In this document: positions 21,382 through 31,555 of the stretch, piece by piece | Position numbering within the stretch: position 1 is the first letter of the stretch | Layout: each line of letters opens with the position of its first letter | Position numbers and translations under genes: made by a program | Notes under the pieces: model-generated | Told to the model about the DNA's origin: nothing | The model's database searches: none | Seen by the model: only the letters and a program-made list of their open reading frames with translations | Assembly: GCA_963701295.1 (NCBI GenBank) | Contig: OY969585.1 | Location: forward strand, 1,312,001 to 1,376,000 | DNA: 64,000 nt | DNA from: Ignavibacteriota bacterium | GTDB lineage: Bacteria; Bacteroidota; Ignavibacteria; UBA10030 | Direction: 5' to 3'

Positions 21382-22767
21382 ATGTCCCTTATTGACGATC
21401 ATCTCCTTTCTATTCTGAAACAATTCGACCAGCCAGGCCCGCGCTACACCAGTTATCCCACTGCGCCGGTGTTCTCTGCTGAATACACGGCACAGCGATT
21501 TGAAAATGATCTCATCGAAAACAACCGTAACAGCTCTGCTCCTGTGTCGCTATATTTGCATATTCCATTTTGCGATACATTATGTTATTTCTGCGGTTGC
21601 AACACAATCATTACTCGTAATCATGAAAAAATATCCGAATATCTCATTGCACTCAAAAAAGAAATTGACCGTACAGCATCATTCATTTCAAAGAAACGAA
21701 ACGTTGTTCAGATGGCGTGGGGGGGCGGGACACCATCGTATCTCTCGACGGAAGAAATCCGTGATCTTGCAAACTATATTCGAGGGAGATTCACATTCGC
21801 TTCCGATGTCGAGATCAGCGTTGAGATTGATCCCCGCGAATTGACGTTTAATCATTTAAAAGCTTTTGTGGATGGCGGAGCGAATCGGTTCAGTCTCGGT
21901 GTGCAAGATTTTGACGACGAAGTTCAGGTTGCAGTAAACCGCATCCAGCCGGAATTGCTCACGCATCAAGTATTTCAATGGTCGCGTGAACTTGGAATCA
22001 AGAGCATCAACATTGATTTGATCTATGGATTACCGCTGCAGACAGTGAAGTCGTTCAAAGCAACACTTGACAAAGTGATTGAGCTTTCGCCGGAACGCAT
22101 TGCCGTTTTCAACTTTGCATATGTACCATGGATGAAGCAGCATCAAAAGCTCATTCATCAGGATCAATTACCGGCAGCTGAAAACAAATTATACATCCTT
22201 CAGCTTACTATCAATACGTTGATAAGTGCTGGATATGTGTATGTAGGAATGGATCACTTTGCCAAGCCGGCTGATGAATTAGCGCGTGAGCAGAAGAACA
22301 AAAATCTTAATCGTAACTTTCAAGGTTATTCCATCAAAGCCGGCGCGGATTTATTCGGCTTCGGCATGTCTGCGATATCGCATTTCGGAGTGGTGTACGC
22401 ACAGAATGCAAAAGACCTACCCGCGTACTATGAAGCGATCAATAACGGACGATTTTCCACTATTCTTGGTTACAAAATGACGCGAGACGATGAACTTCGC
22501 AAATTTGTGATTATGCGATTGATGTGCGATCTGGAATTGGATAAACGAAACATTGAGCGGCGATTCGGAATATTATTTGATGAATATTTTGCGGATGCGC
22601 TCGTGAAACTTGAAGAATTTCTACCGCTGAATTTGCTTGCGCTGGAAACGGATCGCATTGTCATCCTAGAAGCGGGACGCTTTGTTCTCCGCAATATTGC
22701 GATGTGTTTCGATGCCTACCTACCCAAGATGGCGAAGGGAAAACCGATTTTCTCGCGCACTGTGTAG
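21382..22767 (+). CDS. hemN: Oxygen-independent coproporphyrinogen III dehydrogenase HemN
   Basis: PGPRYTSYPTA, HIPFCDTLCYFCGC, GGGTP, GMDHFA, RNFQGYS. Confidence 0.95.
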   Translation: MSLIDDHLLSILKQFDQPGPRYTSYPTAPVFSAEYTAQRFENDLIENNRNSSAPVSLYLHIPFCDTLCYFCGCNTIITRNHEKISEYLIALKKEIDRTASFISKKRNVVQMAWGGGTPSYLSTEEIRDLANYIRGRFTFASDVEISVEIDPRELTFNHLKAFVDGGANRFSLGVQDFDDEVQVAVNRIQPELLTHQVFQWSRELGIKSINIDLIYGLPLQTVKSFKATLDKVIELSPERIAVFNFAYVPWMKQHQKLIHQDQLPAAENKLYILQLTINTLISAGYVYVGMDHFAKPADELAREQKNKNLNRNFQGYSIKAGADLFGFGMSAISHFGVVYAQNAKDLPAYYEAINNGRFSTILGYKMTRDDELRKFVIMRLMCDLELDKRNIERRFGILFDEYFADALVKLEEFLPLNLLALETDRIVILEAGRFVLRNIAMCFDAYLPKMAKGKPIFSRTV

Positions 22768-22829
22768 TTAAGAAAACCTTGACAAGGGTCTCTTAACTAT
22801 GACTTAGAAAAACCTTGTCAAGGTTTCTA
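22765..22829. repeat. Double hairpin (two AACCTTG(A/T)CAAGG palindromes) between convergent hemN and malic enzyme genes; REP-like and/or terminator
   Basis: TAGTTAAGAAAACCTT-GAC-AAGGGTCTCTTAACTA and TAGAAAAACCTT-GTC-AAGGTTTCTA. Confidence 0.6.
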
Positions 22830-22841
22830 CGATACCTCTCC

Positions 22842-24296
22842 TTACTTCACCGCATCGACCGCTTTCTTTACGGCGGTTTCGATCAATGCCATGTCCGGTT
22901 TCTTGACAAAATTTTTCTTCATCAACAAATTCAAAATATCGCGTGACTCCTTGATTTCACGAAGTGTTGTATCATACACCTGTTGATGGCTCAATTGAAT
23001 TCGTGCAACACCTTGCTTCACAGCCTGTGTGGCAACGTCAGCGGCTTCTTGTGCAAACACTTCGGTTTCTTCCATCGTCGGCATAATGTAATCAGGATTG
23101 AGTCCTTTCTTCATCGCGAAATTTGCCATGGAATAGGCGGCGGTAATTGCCATCTCGTCTGTAATCTTGCGTGCACGCACCATCAAAGCACCTTTGAGAA
23201 TGCCGGGGAAACCCATCGAATTATTAACTTGATTGGGAAAATCGCCGCGCCCAGTAGCAATGATATACGCACCGGCTTCTTTTGCAGCGTATGGGTAAAT
23301 TTCCGGTACCGGGTTTGCACATGCGAAGATGATCGACTTCTTTGCCATCTTCTGTATCCAAGACGCCTTAATGACGTCTGGCCCGGGTCTGCTCAATGCA
23401 ATCAGCACATCGGCTCCAGTCAGTGCAGTTTCAATGTCTTCAATGCTTGATGGATTGGTCTCTCGGCAAATTTCCCATTTGCGGTAGAATGCTTTATCTG
23501 CTTCGATATCTTTGCGTTTTTTATTGAGTGAACCTTTGGTATCGAACATAACCACTTTACCAGGATCGGCCCCGTCCTTGAGAATCAATCTGGCGATAGT
23601 GGTGTTTGATGCACCCGCACCGTAGAAGACAATCTTCACATTCTTCATTTCCTTTCCAGCAACCCGCAGAGCATTGATCAAACCGGCGAGAGTCACGCTG
23701 CCCGTCCCCTGAGCATCGTCATGCCACACAGGAATGTTGCACTCCTCGCGCAACGTATCAAGCACTTTGAAGCAATTGGGCTGGGAAATATCCTCGAGGT
23801 TCACAGCTCCGAAACTCGGTTCCAGCATTTTTACAAACTCGATAATCTTATCTGGGTCATGTTCTCCTTTTATGCTTTTCGAGTTGATACAGAGAGCAAC
23901 ACCGTCGACACCGCCGAGATATTTCATAAGGAACGCCTTTCCTTCCATCACACCTAAACCGCCGGAAGGCGTGCAGTCGCCGTCGCCGAGCACGCGCGTG
24001 GAATCCGAAACGACAGCAACAAGGTTCCCTCGGTTGGTGAGCTCAAACGAAGCGTCATTATTGTCGCGAATAGTGGTTGAGATTTTAGAAACGCCGGGGG
24101 TGTACCAAACATTAAACCAATTGAAACCATAAATACCTGCCTTAGGTACTGTAGCCATTTTGCCTCCGTAGAATTTATGGCACGAAAGCGAAAGTTCTTT
24201 CAAGAAAATAGTTTTCGCTTTTGCTTTCTGCTCTTCATTGAAATTTTCAGGGAAAAAATTGTTCAAATCTTTGAGAGTCAAATCGAAGTTCTGCAT
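22842..24296 (-). CDS. NAD(P)-dependent malic enzyme
   Basis: YTPGV, VLGDGD, VMEGKA, VNLEDI, HDDAQGT, GAGAS, ANPVPEI, TGRGDFPNQVNN. Confidence 0.92.
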   Translation of the reverse strand: MQNFDLTLKDLNNFFPENFNEEQKAKAKTIFLKELSLSCHKFYGGKMATVPKAGIYGFNWFNVWYTPGVSKISTTIRDNNDASFELTNRGNLVAVVSDSTRVLGDGDCTPSGGLGVMEGKAFLMKYLGGVDGVALCINSKSIKGEHDPDKIIEFVKMLEPSFGAVNLEDISQPNCFKVLDTLREECNIPVWHDDAQGTGSVTLAGLINALRVAGKEMKNVKIVFYGAGASNTTIARLILKDGADPGKVVMFDTKGSLNKKRKDIEADKAFYRKWEICRETNPSSIEDIETALTGADVLIALSRPGPDVIKASWIQKMAKKSIIFACANPVPEIYPYAAKEAGAYIIATGRGDFPNQVNNSMGFPGILKGALMVRARKITDEMAITAAYSMANFAMKKGLNPDYIMPTMEETEVFAQEAADVATQAVKQGVARIQLSHQQVYDTTLREIKESRDILNLLMKKNFVKKPDMALIETAVKKAVDAVK

Positions 24297-24835
24297 TGCA
24301 TTCTCCAGTATATGTAATGAGAAGACTTAATAATTTTGAAATCATTGTAATTTATTTTCCTTCTATATTCAAGCGATTCTGATATGTCTTTAGAGATTTG
24401 TATAAGCATTATGTTGTATTTTTCTACAGCTAGAGAAGTCAAAGAGGATGTACATGTCTTACGTTTGCCTATGTCGGATATCTGCATTCATGGAAATTGT
24501 CGATAGGGCTTGGCAGCCCAATGGTAATAGGACTGATGCTGTTAGGTATTCGACGGCTTGTGTATTTCATGATGCCGAGTTTTTAATATATTGTTAACAT
24601 AATAATTGTAACGGTTGGAGAAACGCGGTGTCATGCAGATTACTTTCTCACGGTGCTCAGTATGAAGTTCTTCGGAGCAGAGTGAGAAAGTAACTTCGTA
24701 GGAACGCAGTAATTTGTTGGAAAAATATTTTTCTGCTTTCAGGAATTCCATCAAAATATCTTCTCAAAAGTGCTAAGTAACCCCTTTTTTCTTCTGAAAT
24801 CTTGCAATTAAGTCTTTATGTCGTAAATTACTGAT

Positions 24836-24852
24836 GTGGCACAATACTTGAG
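24836..24852 (+). promoter_or_regulatory. Possible sigma-54-like promoter of the Vor/Kor operon
   Basis: TGGCAC-AATAC-TTGA; perfect -24 element, -12 GC replaced by GA. Confidence 0.35.
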
Positions 24853-24924
24853 CATTGACAAGTATATTATTATGCGATTCCCTCCTTGGTCGTCGCACAA
24901 GATCTTTTTACGAGGAGAATATAT

Positions 24925-25173
24925 ATGATTCGAGGAGCGATTATCGTTGCCACGGATATTTGCAAAGCATGTGAACTGTGTATTACGGCATGTCCGCAGG
25001 ATTGTTTGGAGATGTCGCCCAATCTCAATGTTAAAAGTTATCACTATGTTCAGCTGAAGAATGATACATGCACTGGATGTGTGAATTGCGCTATCGTCTG
25101 TCCGGATAGTGCGATCACTGTGTATAGACAAGCAAAATCCTCATCGCCAAAAAGCTCAGCAATATCGTCTTGA
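24925..25173 (+). CDS. 2-oxoacid:ferredoxin oxidoreductase delta subunit (2x[4Fe-4S] ferredoxin)
   Basis: CKACELCITACP and CTGCVNCAIVCPD; GAGGAG RBS upstream. Confidence 0.9.
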   Translation: MIRGAIIVATDICKACELCITACPQDCLEMSPNLNVKSYHYVQLKNDTCTGCVNCAIVCPDSAITVYRQAKSSSPKSSAISS

Positions 25174-25206
25174 AACGAATTCTGAACCCAACGAATGTGA
25201 GTAGTT

Positions 25207-26313
25207 ATGGAAAACGAAAAAGAAACTTCTGAAACTCGATTAATGAAGGGCAATGAAGCTCTTGCTGAAGCAGCATTCAGAGCAGGGATGCAGGCGTATT
25301 TTGGGTATCCTATTACACCGCAATCGGAAGTATTGGAATATCTTGCGGCGCAGGCGCCGAATCATCCGGATGTCGTTATTCTCCAGGCAGAAAGTGAATT
25401 AGCGGCAATCAATATGGTTCATGGTGCAGCGGGTGCAGGTGCGCGTGCTATGATTTCATCTTCTAGTCCCGGTATAAGTCTGATGCAGGAATGCCTTTCG
25501 TATATGACATGCGCTCAACTTCCCGCATTAATAGTTAATGTACAGCGTGGCGGTCCAGGACTTGGTACGATCCAACCGTCGCAAGGAGATTACTTCCAGG
25601 CAGTAAAAGGCGGCGGTCACGGTGATTATCATCTCATTGTTCTTGCGCCTGCATCTGTGCAAGAAATGGTGGATTTTGTCTTTGATGCATTTCGTTTGAG
25701 CGAGAAGTACCGTAATCCGGCAATGATTCTTGCTGACGGTGCGATCGGTCAGATGATGGAAAAAGTAACTCTCCCAGCGGCGGGATCGCTGCCGAAGATG
25801 GACGCGCCATGGGCAACAACAGGGAAGAGTCACACCCGCGAGCGTGATATTATTACATCGCTCTATATTGAGGCTGAGCGGATGGAAAAACACAATTTAC
25901 TATTGCAAGCAAAATACAGTCAAATGCAGAAAGAAGTACGCTGGGAAGAAATTCAAACAGAAGATGCAGCCATCGTCCTCGTTGCGTTTGGACTTTCCTC
26001 CCGTATTTGTGAAAAGGCAGTGGATCTTGCCCGCGAAAAAGGATTGAATGTCGGACTCCTGCGGCCGATCACTCTTTATCCATTTCCGGCAAGCGCCATT
26101 GCGAAGTTAGCAAAAAGTGCAAAAGCATTCCTTACAGTCGAAATGAATGCCGGGCAGATGGTAGAAGATGTACGGCTTGCTGTTGATGGAAAACGGCCGG
26201 TAGATTTCTATGGCCGGATGGGTGGTATGATCCCATCGCCTGAAGAAGTGTTGGTGCGCGTGGAATCGATTGCTGAGAAACTTCAAGCGGTTCCGGCATT
26301 ATTAAAGGAATGA
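25207..26313 (+). CDS. vorB: 2-oxoacid:ferredoxin oxidoreductase alpha subunit (VorB-like)
   Basis: MKGNEA, FGYPITPQSE, SSSPGISL, RGGPGLG, KGGGHGDY, VEMNAGQMVEDV. Confidence 0.88.
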   Translation: MENEKETSETRLMKGNEALAEAAFRAGMQAYFGYPITPQSEVLEYLAAQAPNHPDVVILQAESELAAINMVHGAAGAGARAMISSSSPGISLMQECLSYMTCAQLPALIVNVQRGGPGLGTIQPSQGDYFQAVKGGGHGDYHLIVLAPASVQEMVDFVFDAFRLSEKYRNPAMILADGAIGQMMEKVTLPAAGSLPKMDAPWATTGKSHTRERDIITSLYIEAERMEKHNLLLQAKYSQMQKEVRWEEIQTEDAAIVLVAFGLSSRICEKAVDLAREKGLNVGLLRPITLYPFPASAIAKLAKSAKAFLTVEMNAGQMVEDVRLAVDGKRPVDFYGRMGGMIPSPEEVLVRVESIAEKLQAVPALLKE

Positions 26314-26317
26314 AGAC

Positions 26318-27085
26318 ATGGAACCTGTAGCAAACATTGATGGCATGGAACTCGTTTACAAAAAACCGCATACGCTTACCGAAATACCAATGCACTATTG
26401 CCCCGGCTGCGGTCATGGTGTTGTGCACAAAATTCTCATGGAAGTTATCGATGAGATGGGAATTCAAGAAGAAACGATCGGTGTGGCACCGGTAGGATGT
26501 TCGGTGTTTGCATATGAATATATGAACATCGATATGCAAGAAGCTGCGCACGGACGCGCAAGCGCTGTGGCGACCGGTATCAAGCGTGTACTTCCCGATA
26601 AATATGTTTTCTCGTACCAAGGTGATGGTGATCTTGCGGCAATCGGTACGGGTGAAACTATACACACGGTAAATCGCGGCGAGAATATTCTGATGCTTTT
26701 TATCAACAACGGAATCTACGGCATGACAGGCGGGCAGATGGCTCCGACTTCGTTGATTGGCATGAAGACTACTACAACGCCATTCGGACGCGAAGCATCA
26801 AAGATGGGCAATCCGCTGAAGATTACGGAATTACTTGCGCAGCTTCCCGGCTCGTACTTCGTCACACGGCATGCGGTACACAATACAGCAGCTGTACGCA
26901 AACTCAAGAAAGCAATCGAAGCGTCGTTCAAGTATCAAAAATTAAATAAAGGAACATGTTTTATTGAGGTAGTTTCCAATTGTCCATCCGGATGGAAAAT
27001 GACACCGGTGGAATCCAACGAATGGTTAGAGAAGAACATGTTTCCGTTCTATCCCCTTGGTGATATCAAAGTACCGAAATCGTAG
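26318..27085 (+). CDS. 2-oxoacid:ferredoxin oxidoreductase beta (TPP-binding) subunit
   Basis: HYCPGCGHG, PVGC, YQGDGDL, NNGIYGMTGGQ. Confidence 0.92.
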   Translation: MEPVANIDGMELVYKKPHTLTEIPMHYCPGCGHGVVHKILMEVIDEMGIQEETIGVAPVGCSVFAYEYMNIDMQEAAHGRASAVATGIKRVLPDKYVFSYQGDGDLAAIGTGETIHTVNRGENILMLFINNGIYGMTGGQMAPTSLIGMKTTTTPFGREASKMGNPLKITELLAQLPGSYFVTRHAVHNTAAVRKLKKAIEASFKYQKLNKGTCFIEVVSNCPSGWKMTPVESNEWLEKNMFPFYPLGDIKVPKS

Positions 27086-27130
27086 TAAGACAGAATGGAG
27101 TCGTGTCTAAGAAAATTGCAGGAGTGAAGA

Positions 27131-27700
27131 ATGAAGAGTGCGCACGAAATTATCATAGCAGGATTTGGCGGTCAAGGTGTTCTCTCGATGGGACAAATTA
27201 TTGCCTATGCTGCGATGAAAGAAGGCAAAGAAGTAAGCTGGATGCCGTCCTATGGGCCGGAGATGCGCGGCGGCACGGCAAACTGCATCGTCATCGTGTC
27301 AGATTCGCGCATCAGTTCACCCATCATCACAAAATTTGATACTGCGATTCTCCTGAATCAACCATCCTTAGAAAAATTTGAGTCTTCAGTGAAACCGGGT
27401 GGACTGTTGATCTATGAAAAATCCAGCATCATTCGTCCGCCGACAAGAACAGATATAGAAATTTTAGGTATTCATGGATTGGAAGAGGCACAAAAATTGA
27501 CAAGTAAGCAGGTAGCGAATATGGTGCTGCTTGGTGCATTCCTGGACCGGCGTCCGATCGTACAACCAGAACATGTTATCAATGTCCTATGTAACGTTCT
27601 GCCGGTGCATCGACAACATTTAATTCCGATGAACGAGAAAGCATTGATACGGGGAAAAGAATTAGCACGGGAAACAGCTTCAGAAATGGTGGAACGATGA
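27131..27700 (+). CDS. 2-oxoacid:ferredoxin oxidoreductase gamma subunit
   Basis: AGFGGQG, PSYGPEMRGG, ANMVLLGA. Confidence 0.92.
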   Translation: MKSAHEIIIAGFGGQGVLSMGQIIAYAAMKEGKEVSWMPSYGPEMRGGTANCIVIVSDSRISSPIITKFDTAILLNQPSLEKFESSVKPGGLLIYEKSSIIRPPTRTDIEILGIHGLEEAQKLTSKQVANMVLLGAFLDRRPIVQPEHVINVLCNVLPVHRQHLIPMNEKALIRGKELARETASEMVER

Positions 27701-28020
27701 ATCAGATGGGTAAAGAACGGTCTGCAATTCAGACGTGGAAAGAGCAGACAATGGAACCAAGCGGAATAGACTGCAATCACGACTGCCGTATTACGTGCAA
27801 AATGTTGACAGAGGCAATGCGGAAAGAGGCGGAAATGATTCATTTCTATGAAAATTTGATGGTTGAATGCGACTATCCAGATGTGAATGCTTTTGTCCGG
27901 GAACTGCTTGAAGAAAAAAGCCGTATTGTCCTACACATTAATCAGAAATTGAACGAAATCCGCGCCCGAGGGCAAGTGAGTGAAGGGATTATTTCCAGCT
28001 TTAAGCCAGATGTAATATAG
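27697..28020 (+). CDS. Small hypothetical protein, possible ferritin/rubrerythrin-like helix pair
   Basis: ATGA overlap with the gamma subunit; AMRKEAEMIHFYE...ELLEEK pattern; Cys triplet; start may instead be the ATG at 27751. Confidence 0.6.
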   Translation: MNQMGKERSAIQTWKEQTMEPSGIDCNHDCRITCKMLTEAMRKEAEMIHFYENLMVECDYPDVNAFVRELLEEKSRIVLHINQKLNEIRARGQVSEGIISSFKPDVI

Positions 28021-28115
28021 CAGGATGCGGAAGAAATCCTGTGTTATCTAGGAAAAATAGTATCGGGACTTTCGTTCTAACACTGAACCGTCAGTTTCTG
28101 AAAAATTATGCGCGT

Positions 28116-28150
28116 TAGCGTCAGGAGGCAACTCCTGACGCTATTTTTTT
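28116..28150 (+). terminator. Intrinsic terminator after the Vor/Kor operon
   Basis: TAGCGTCAGGAG-GCAA-CTCCTGACGCTA perfect 12-bp stem with GNRA loop, then T7. Confidence 0.85.
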
Positions 28151-28293
28151 AACAGCTTGATAGAGGTTTTTGATGGACTTTCTCGATCAGAGTTCGTATC
28201 ATAGAATGGACGTAGTACTGAGACGAGAAAGAATTCTACGCCAAAGCAGCCCGATCGTACTCTTGCTCACGTCTAAGAAAGAGAAGGTGTGCG

Positions 28294-28671
28294 ATGAAAG
28301 GAAAAGAACTTCAGCGTGTCAAAGCCGCCCTTTTATCGGAGTTAGATATTACACTCCAGAAATGTTGCCACCAGCGCCTCAAAGATGTAGTGAACGATCT
28401 CCAAATTCGTTACGCCAGCATTAAGCCCGATTCTTCTCCAGACGAAGTCTTTTCCGTGTTTCTTCAAAGCGGCGTGCTGAAAACAATGACCGCAGCGCCG
28501 ATTGTGCGTATGCGCGAATCGCTTGAACGCATTCGGACGGGAACATTCGGTTTGTGTATTTCATGCGGAAGAAATATTTCCGCAAAATATCTTGAACAAA
28601 ATCCGACAACGACACATTGCGCTTCATGCGACCGGGAGTCGCAAAAACTTATGCGTCCGGCAGGTTTGTGA
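28294..28671 (+). CDS. TraR/DksA-type C4 zinc-finger protein, atypical
   Basis: SLERIRTGTFGLCISCGRNI...LEQNPTTTHCASC. Confidence 0.75.
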   Translation: MKGKELQRVKAALLSELDITLQKCCHQRLKDVVNDLQIRYASIKPDSSPDEVFSVFLQSGVLKTMTAAPIVRMRESLERIRTGTFGLCISCGRNISAKYLEQNPTTTHCASCDRESQKLMRPAGL

Positions 28672-28886
28672 AGTGGAACAAACTATATAAGAAAGTTCTT
28701 CATTTTCCATCCTCAGAGGCATGTCTAAGCAGGGTTTTATATACAATAGTGAGCTTGCCCCAACCAGTCGATATTTGCGGCTTTATTATACCTCAACTTT
28801 GAATTTCTATTCAATACTTTCTTGCACTTCAAATAATCATTTCCTAATGTTGAGCACGTTGAATCAGAGCTAAAAGGAATATTCTC

Positions 28887-30026
28887 ATGAATATAGGCAT
28901 CTTAAAAGAAGTATTTCCATCGGAACGAAGGATCGCACTGACACCCGGCGGCGTACAGACACTCGTCGGTTTGGGTGCCACAGTCTATATCGAACGAAAT
29001 GCAGGAGCATTAAGTTATTTTTCGGATGATGAGTATCGTACTGCCGGCGGAACTATTGTTTATAGTCCGGAAGAGGTCATCAACCGTTCTGATATTGTTC
29101 TCAAAGTTGCTCCGCCCACAGAGAGTGAACTGAATTTTCTTCATGAAGAGCAAACTCTTTTTTCTGCGCTTCATTTGGCAATTTCTAAACGCAAAACAAT
29201 CGAAACGCTTCTCAAAAAAAACATTACTGCTATCGCCCATGAACTGATTGAGAATGAACGGGGTGATCTGCCGATTGTCCAGACCATGGCGGAAATTGCC
29301 GGACAGATTTCAATTCAGGTTGCAGCGCATTATTTGCAGACGCGTGAAGGCGGCCGCGGTGTACTATTGGGAAGCATTCCTGGTGTTCCTGCTGCCGATG
29401 TACTGATTCTTGGCGCAGGAACTGTTGGCAGAACTGCGGCACGTGTGGCACTTGGCCTTGGGGCAAAAGTGATGATCATCGATAAGAATATCAACCAGTT
29501 GCGCGAGGTGGAAAATCTCTTTCAATGGAGAGTCTCTACCGCTGTTTCTGATCAATACAATATCGAATGTGCCGTGCGTGAAGCCGATGTGCTCATCGGA
29601 GCCGTCCTTCTGAAAGGCGAAAAAACGCCTCATTTAGTATCTGAAAGCTTAGTAAAACAAATGAAACCCGGTTCTGTTATCGTCGACATCTCCATTGATC
29701 AGGGCGGATGCGTCGAAACGAGCCGGCCAACAACATTATTGGATCCGACATTTGTTATGCATGGTATCGTACATTATTGTGTTCCGAATACACCGGCATC
29801 CGTACCACGCACGGCAACTGTCGGATGGACGAACGTGCTTCTTCCATTCCTGCGCGAGGCAACTGAGTTAGGGATGGAAAAAGTTCTCCGTGCTGATATC
29901 GGCCTTTCAAAAGGTGTTTGTACATTCCGTGGACAGTGCACCAATTACGCGGCAGCGAAAGCGTTCGACCTCAAAGTAATAGACATTCAACAAATGCTCA
30001 AGTCAACGTCGACTACCAACCGTTAG
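28887..30026 (+). CDS. ald: Alanine dehydrogenase-family protein
   Basis: GILKE..ERRIALTP, MAEIAG, GGRGVLLG, GAGTVG, DISIDQGGCVETS, HYCVPN. Confidence 0.82.
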   Translation: MNIGILKEVFPSERRIALTPGGVQTLVGLGATVYIERNAGALSYFSDDEYRTAGGTIVYSPEEVINRSDIVLKVAPPTESELNFLHEEQTLFSALHLAISKRKTIETLLKKNITAIAHELIENERGDLPIVQTMAEIAGQISIQVAAHYLQTREGGRGVLLGSIPGVPAADVLILGAGTVGRTAARVALGLGAKVMIIDKNINQLREVENLFQWRVSTAVSDQYNIECAVREADVLIGAVLLKGEKTPHLVSESLVKQMKPGSVIVDISIDQGGCVETSRPTTLLDPTFVMHGIVHYCVPNTPASVPRTATVGWTNVLLPFLREATELGMEKVLRADIGLSKGVCTFRGQCTNYAAAKAFDLKVIDIQQMLKSTSTTNR

Positions 30027-30034
30027 GAACGAGT

Positions 30035-31348
30035 ATGAACTGGCTTGATCAATATAAATCAAAAGTTGTTTCCGTCGAAGAAGCGGTACGTGTCGTCAAA
30101 TCAAACGATCGAATTTTTTTAAGTGGCAATGCAGCAACACCTCTTCTTCTTACGAACACACTGGCCCAACGTGCACCTGAACTCTTTAACGTTGAGGTCA
30201 ATCATATCTTATTGTTGGGGAGCGATCCGCTTTCCACGCTGGGAATGGCACGGCACTTTCGACACAACTCGTTCTTTGTCGGTCCTGGGGATCGAGAGTC
30301 CATTGCAGAGGGGAATTCGGACTTTGTACCTGTTCATCTCTCTCAAATACCGGCGCTCTTCCGTTCAGAATATATTCCTCTTGATGTTGCTTTGGTGCAT
30401 CTCTCTCCGCCGGATCCGCATGGGTTCATGAGTTTTGGTGCTGAATGTGGCGCATCGAAAGCGGCAGCAGAGAATGCAAAGATTGTCGTTGCGCAAGTTA
30501 ATGAACGCATGCCGCGTACATTGGGCGATGTTTTTATTCATGTCTCTCGAGTGCATAGAATTGTAGAATGCTCTGTACCAATTATTGAAGGGAAACAGGT
30601 CGTTGCATCGGATATCGAGGAAAAAATTGCCGATTTCATTGCTCCGATGATCGAAAATGGTGCCACTCTGCAATTAGGAATCGGCGGCATTCCGGACGCT
30701 GTGCTGGCGCGCATCGAAGGAAAACAGCATTTGGGTATTCACACAGAAATGATTTCTGATGGAGTTGTGAGTGCAATTGAAAAAGGAATCATTACCAGCC
30801 AAAAGAAAACACTTCATCCAGGGAAGGTTGTAGGGACATTCGTATTAGGTTCTCAACAACTCTATGATTATGTCCACAACAATCCGCTCTTTGAACTGCA
30901 TCCGTGCGACTACACGAACAATCCGTTTATTATCGCACAGAATGAAAAAATGATCTCGATCAATTCTTGCATTGAAGTAGATATCACAGGACAGGTTTGT
31001 TCGGATTCCATCGGCACGAAAATCTATAGCGGATTTGGCGGACAAGTAGACTTCGTCCGGGGATGTGCATATTCCAAGGGGGGCAAGGCATTCATCGCAT
31101 TGCCTTCTACAACGAAGAATGATACAGTCTCTCGAATTGTACCCCAATTAAAACCTGGAGCGGGAGTAGTAACTTCCAGAGCGGACGTTCAATATGTTGT
31201 GACAGAATATGGCGTAGCTTTCCTTCATGGAAAAAATCTGCGTCAACGCGCAGAAGCTCTCATTGCAATAGCGCATCCTTCATTCCGTCCACAGCTTGAA
31301 GAGTACTTGCGGACAATCAGGAAAAGCGATTTGAATGCATGTGCTTGA
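30035..31348 (+). CDS. Acetyl-CoA hydrolase/transferase family (4-hydroxybutyrate CoA-transferase-like)
   Basis: TLQLGIGGIPD, GIHTEM, SGFGGQVDF, VVTEYG, LIAIAHP. Confidence 0.92.
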   Translation: MNWLDQYKSKVVSVEEAVRVVKSNDRIFLSGNAATPLLLTNTLAQRAPELFNVEVNHILLLGSDPLSTLGMARHFRHNSFFVGPGDRESIAEGNSDFVPVHLSQIPALFRSEYIPLDVALVHLSPPDPHGFMSFGAECGASKAAAENAKIVVAQVNERMPRTLGDVFIHVSRVHRIVECSVPIIEGKQVVASDIEEKIADFIAPMIENGATLQLGIGGIPDAVLARIEGKQHLGIHTEMISDGVVSAIEKGIITSQKKTLHPGKVVGTFVLGSQQLYDYVHNNPLFELHPCDYTNNPFIIAQNEKMISINSCIEVDITGQVCSDSIGTKIYSGFGGQVDFVRGCAYSKGGKAFIALPSTTKNDTVSRIVPQLKPGAGVVTSRADVQYVVTEYGVAFLHGKNLRQRAEALIAIAHPSFRPQLEEYLRTIRKSDLNACA

Positions 31349-31539
31349 ATTTCGGTTCCTTTATTCGCTGTGAACGGAAAAAAACCATTTCAAATTATAT
31401 ACACTTGGATTTTTCGTTTATCCTTCAACACTTTTATTCCTGTTTTTAGCAAAAAATTCCAATTCTCAAGATAAAACGGTGAGTTATACAACACAATCAT
31501 TGATAATACGCTTAAATAACAAACACTTTGCTTGATTTC

Positions 31540-31555
31540 TTGGTACAATCATTGC
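31540..31555 (+). promoter_or_regulatory. Putative sigma-54 promoter of the multiheme cytochrome locus
   Basis: TTGGTAC-AATCA-TTGC with exact GG-N10-GC spacing in an AT-rich intergenic region, about 165 nt before the first ATG. Confidence 0.6.
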
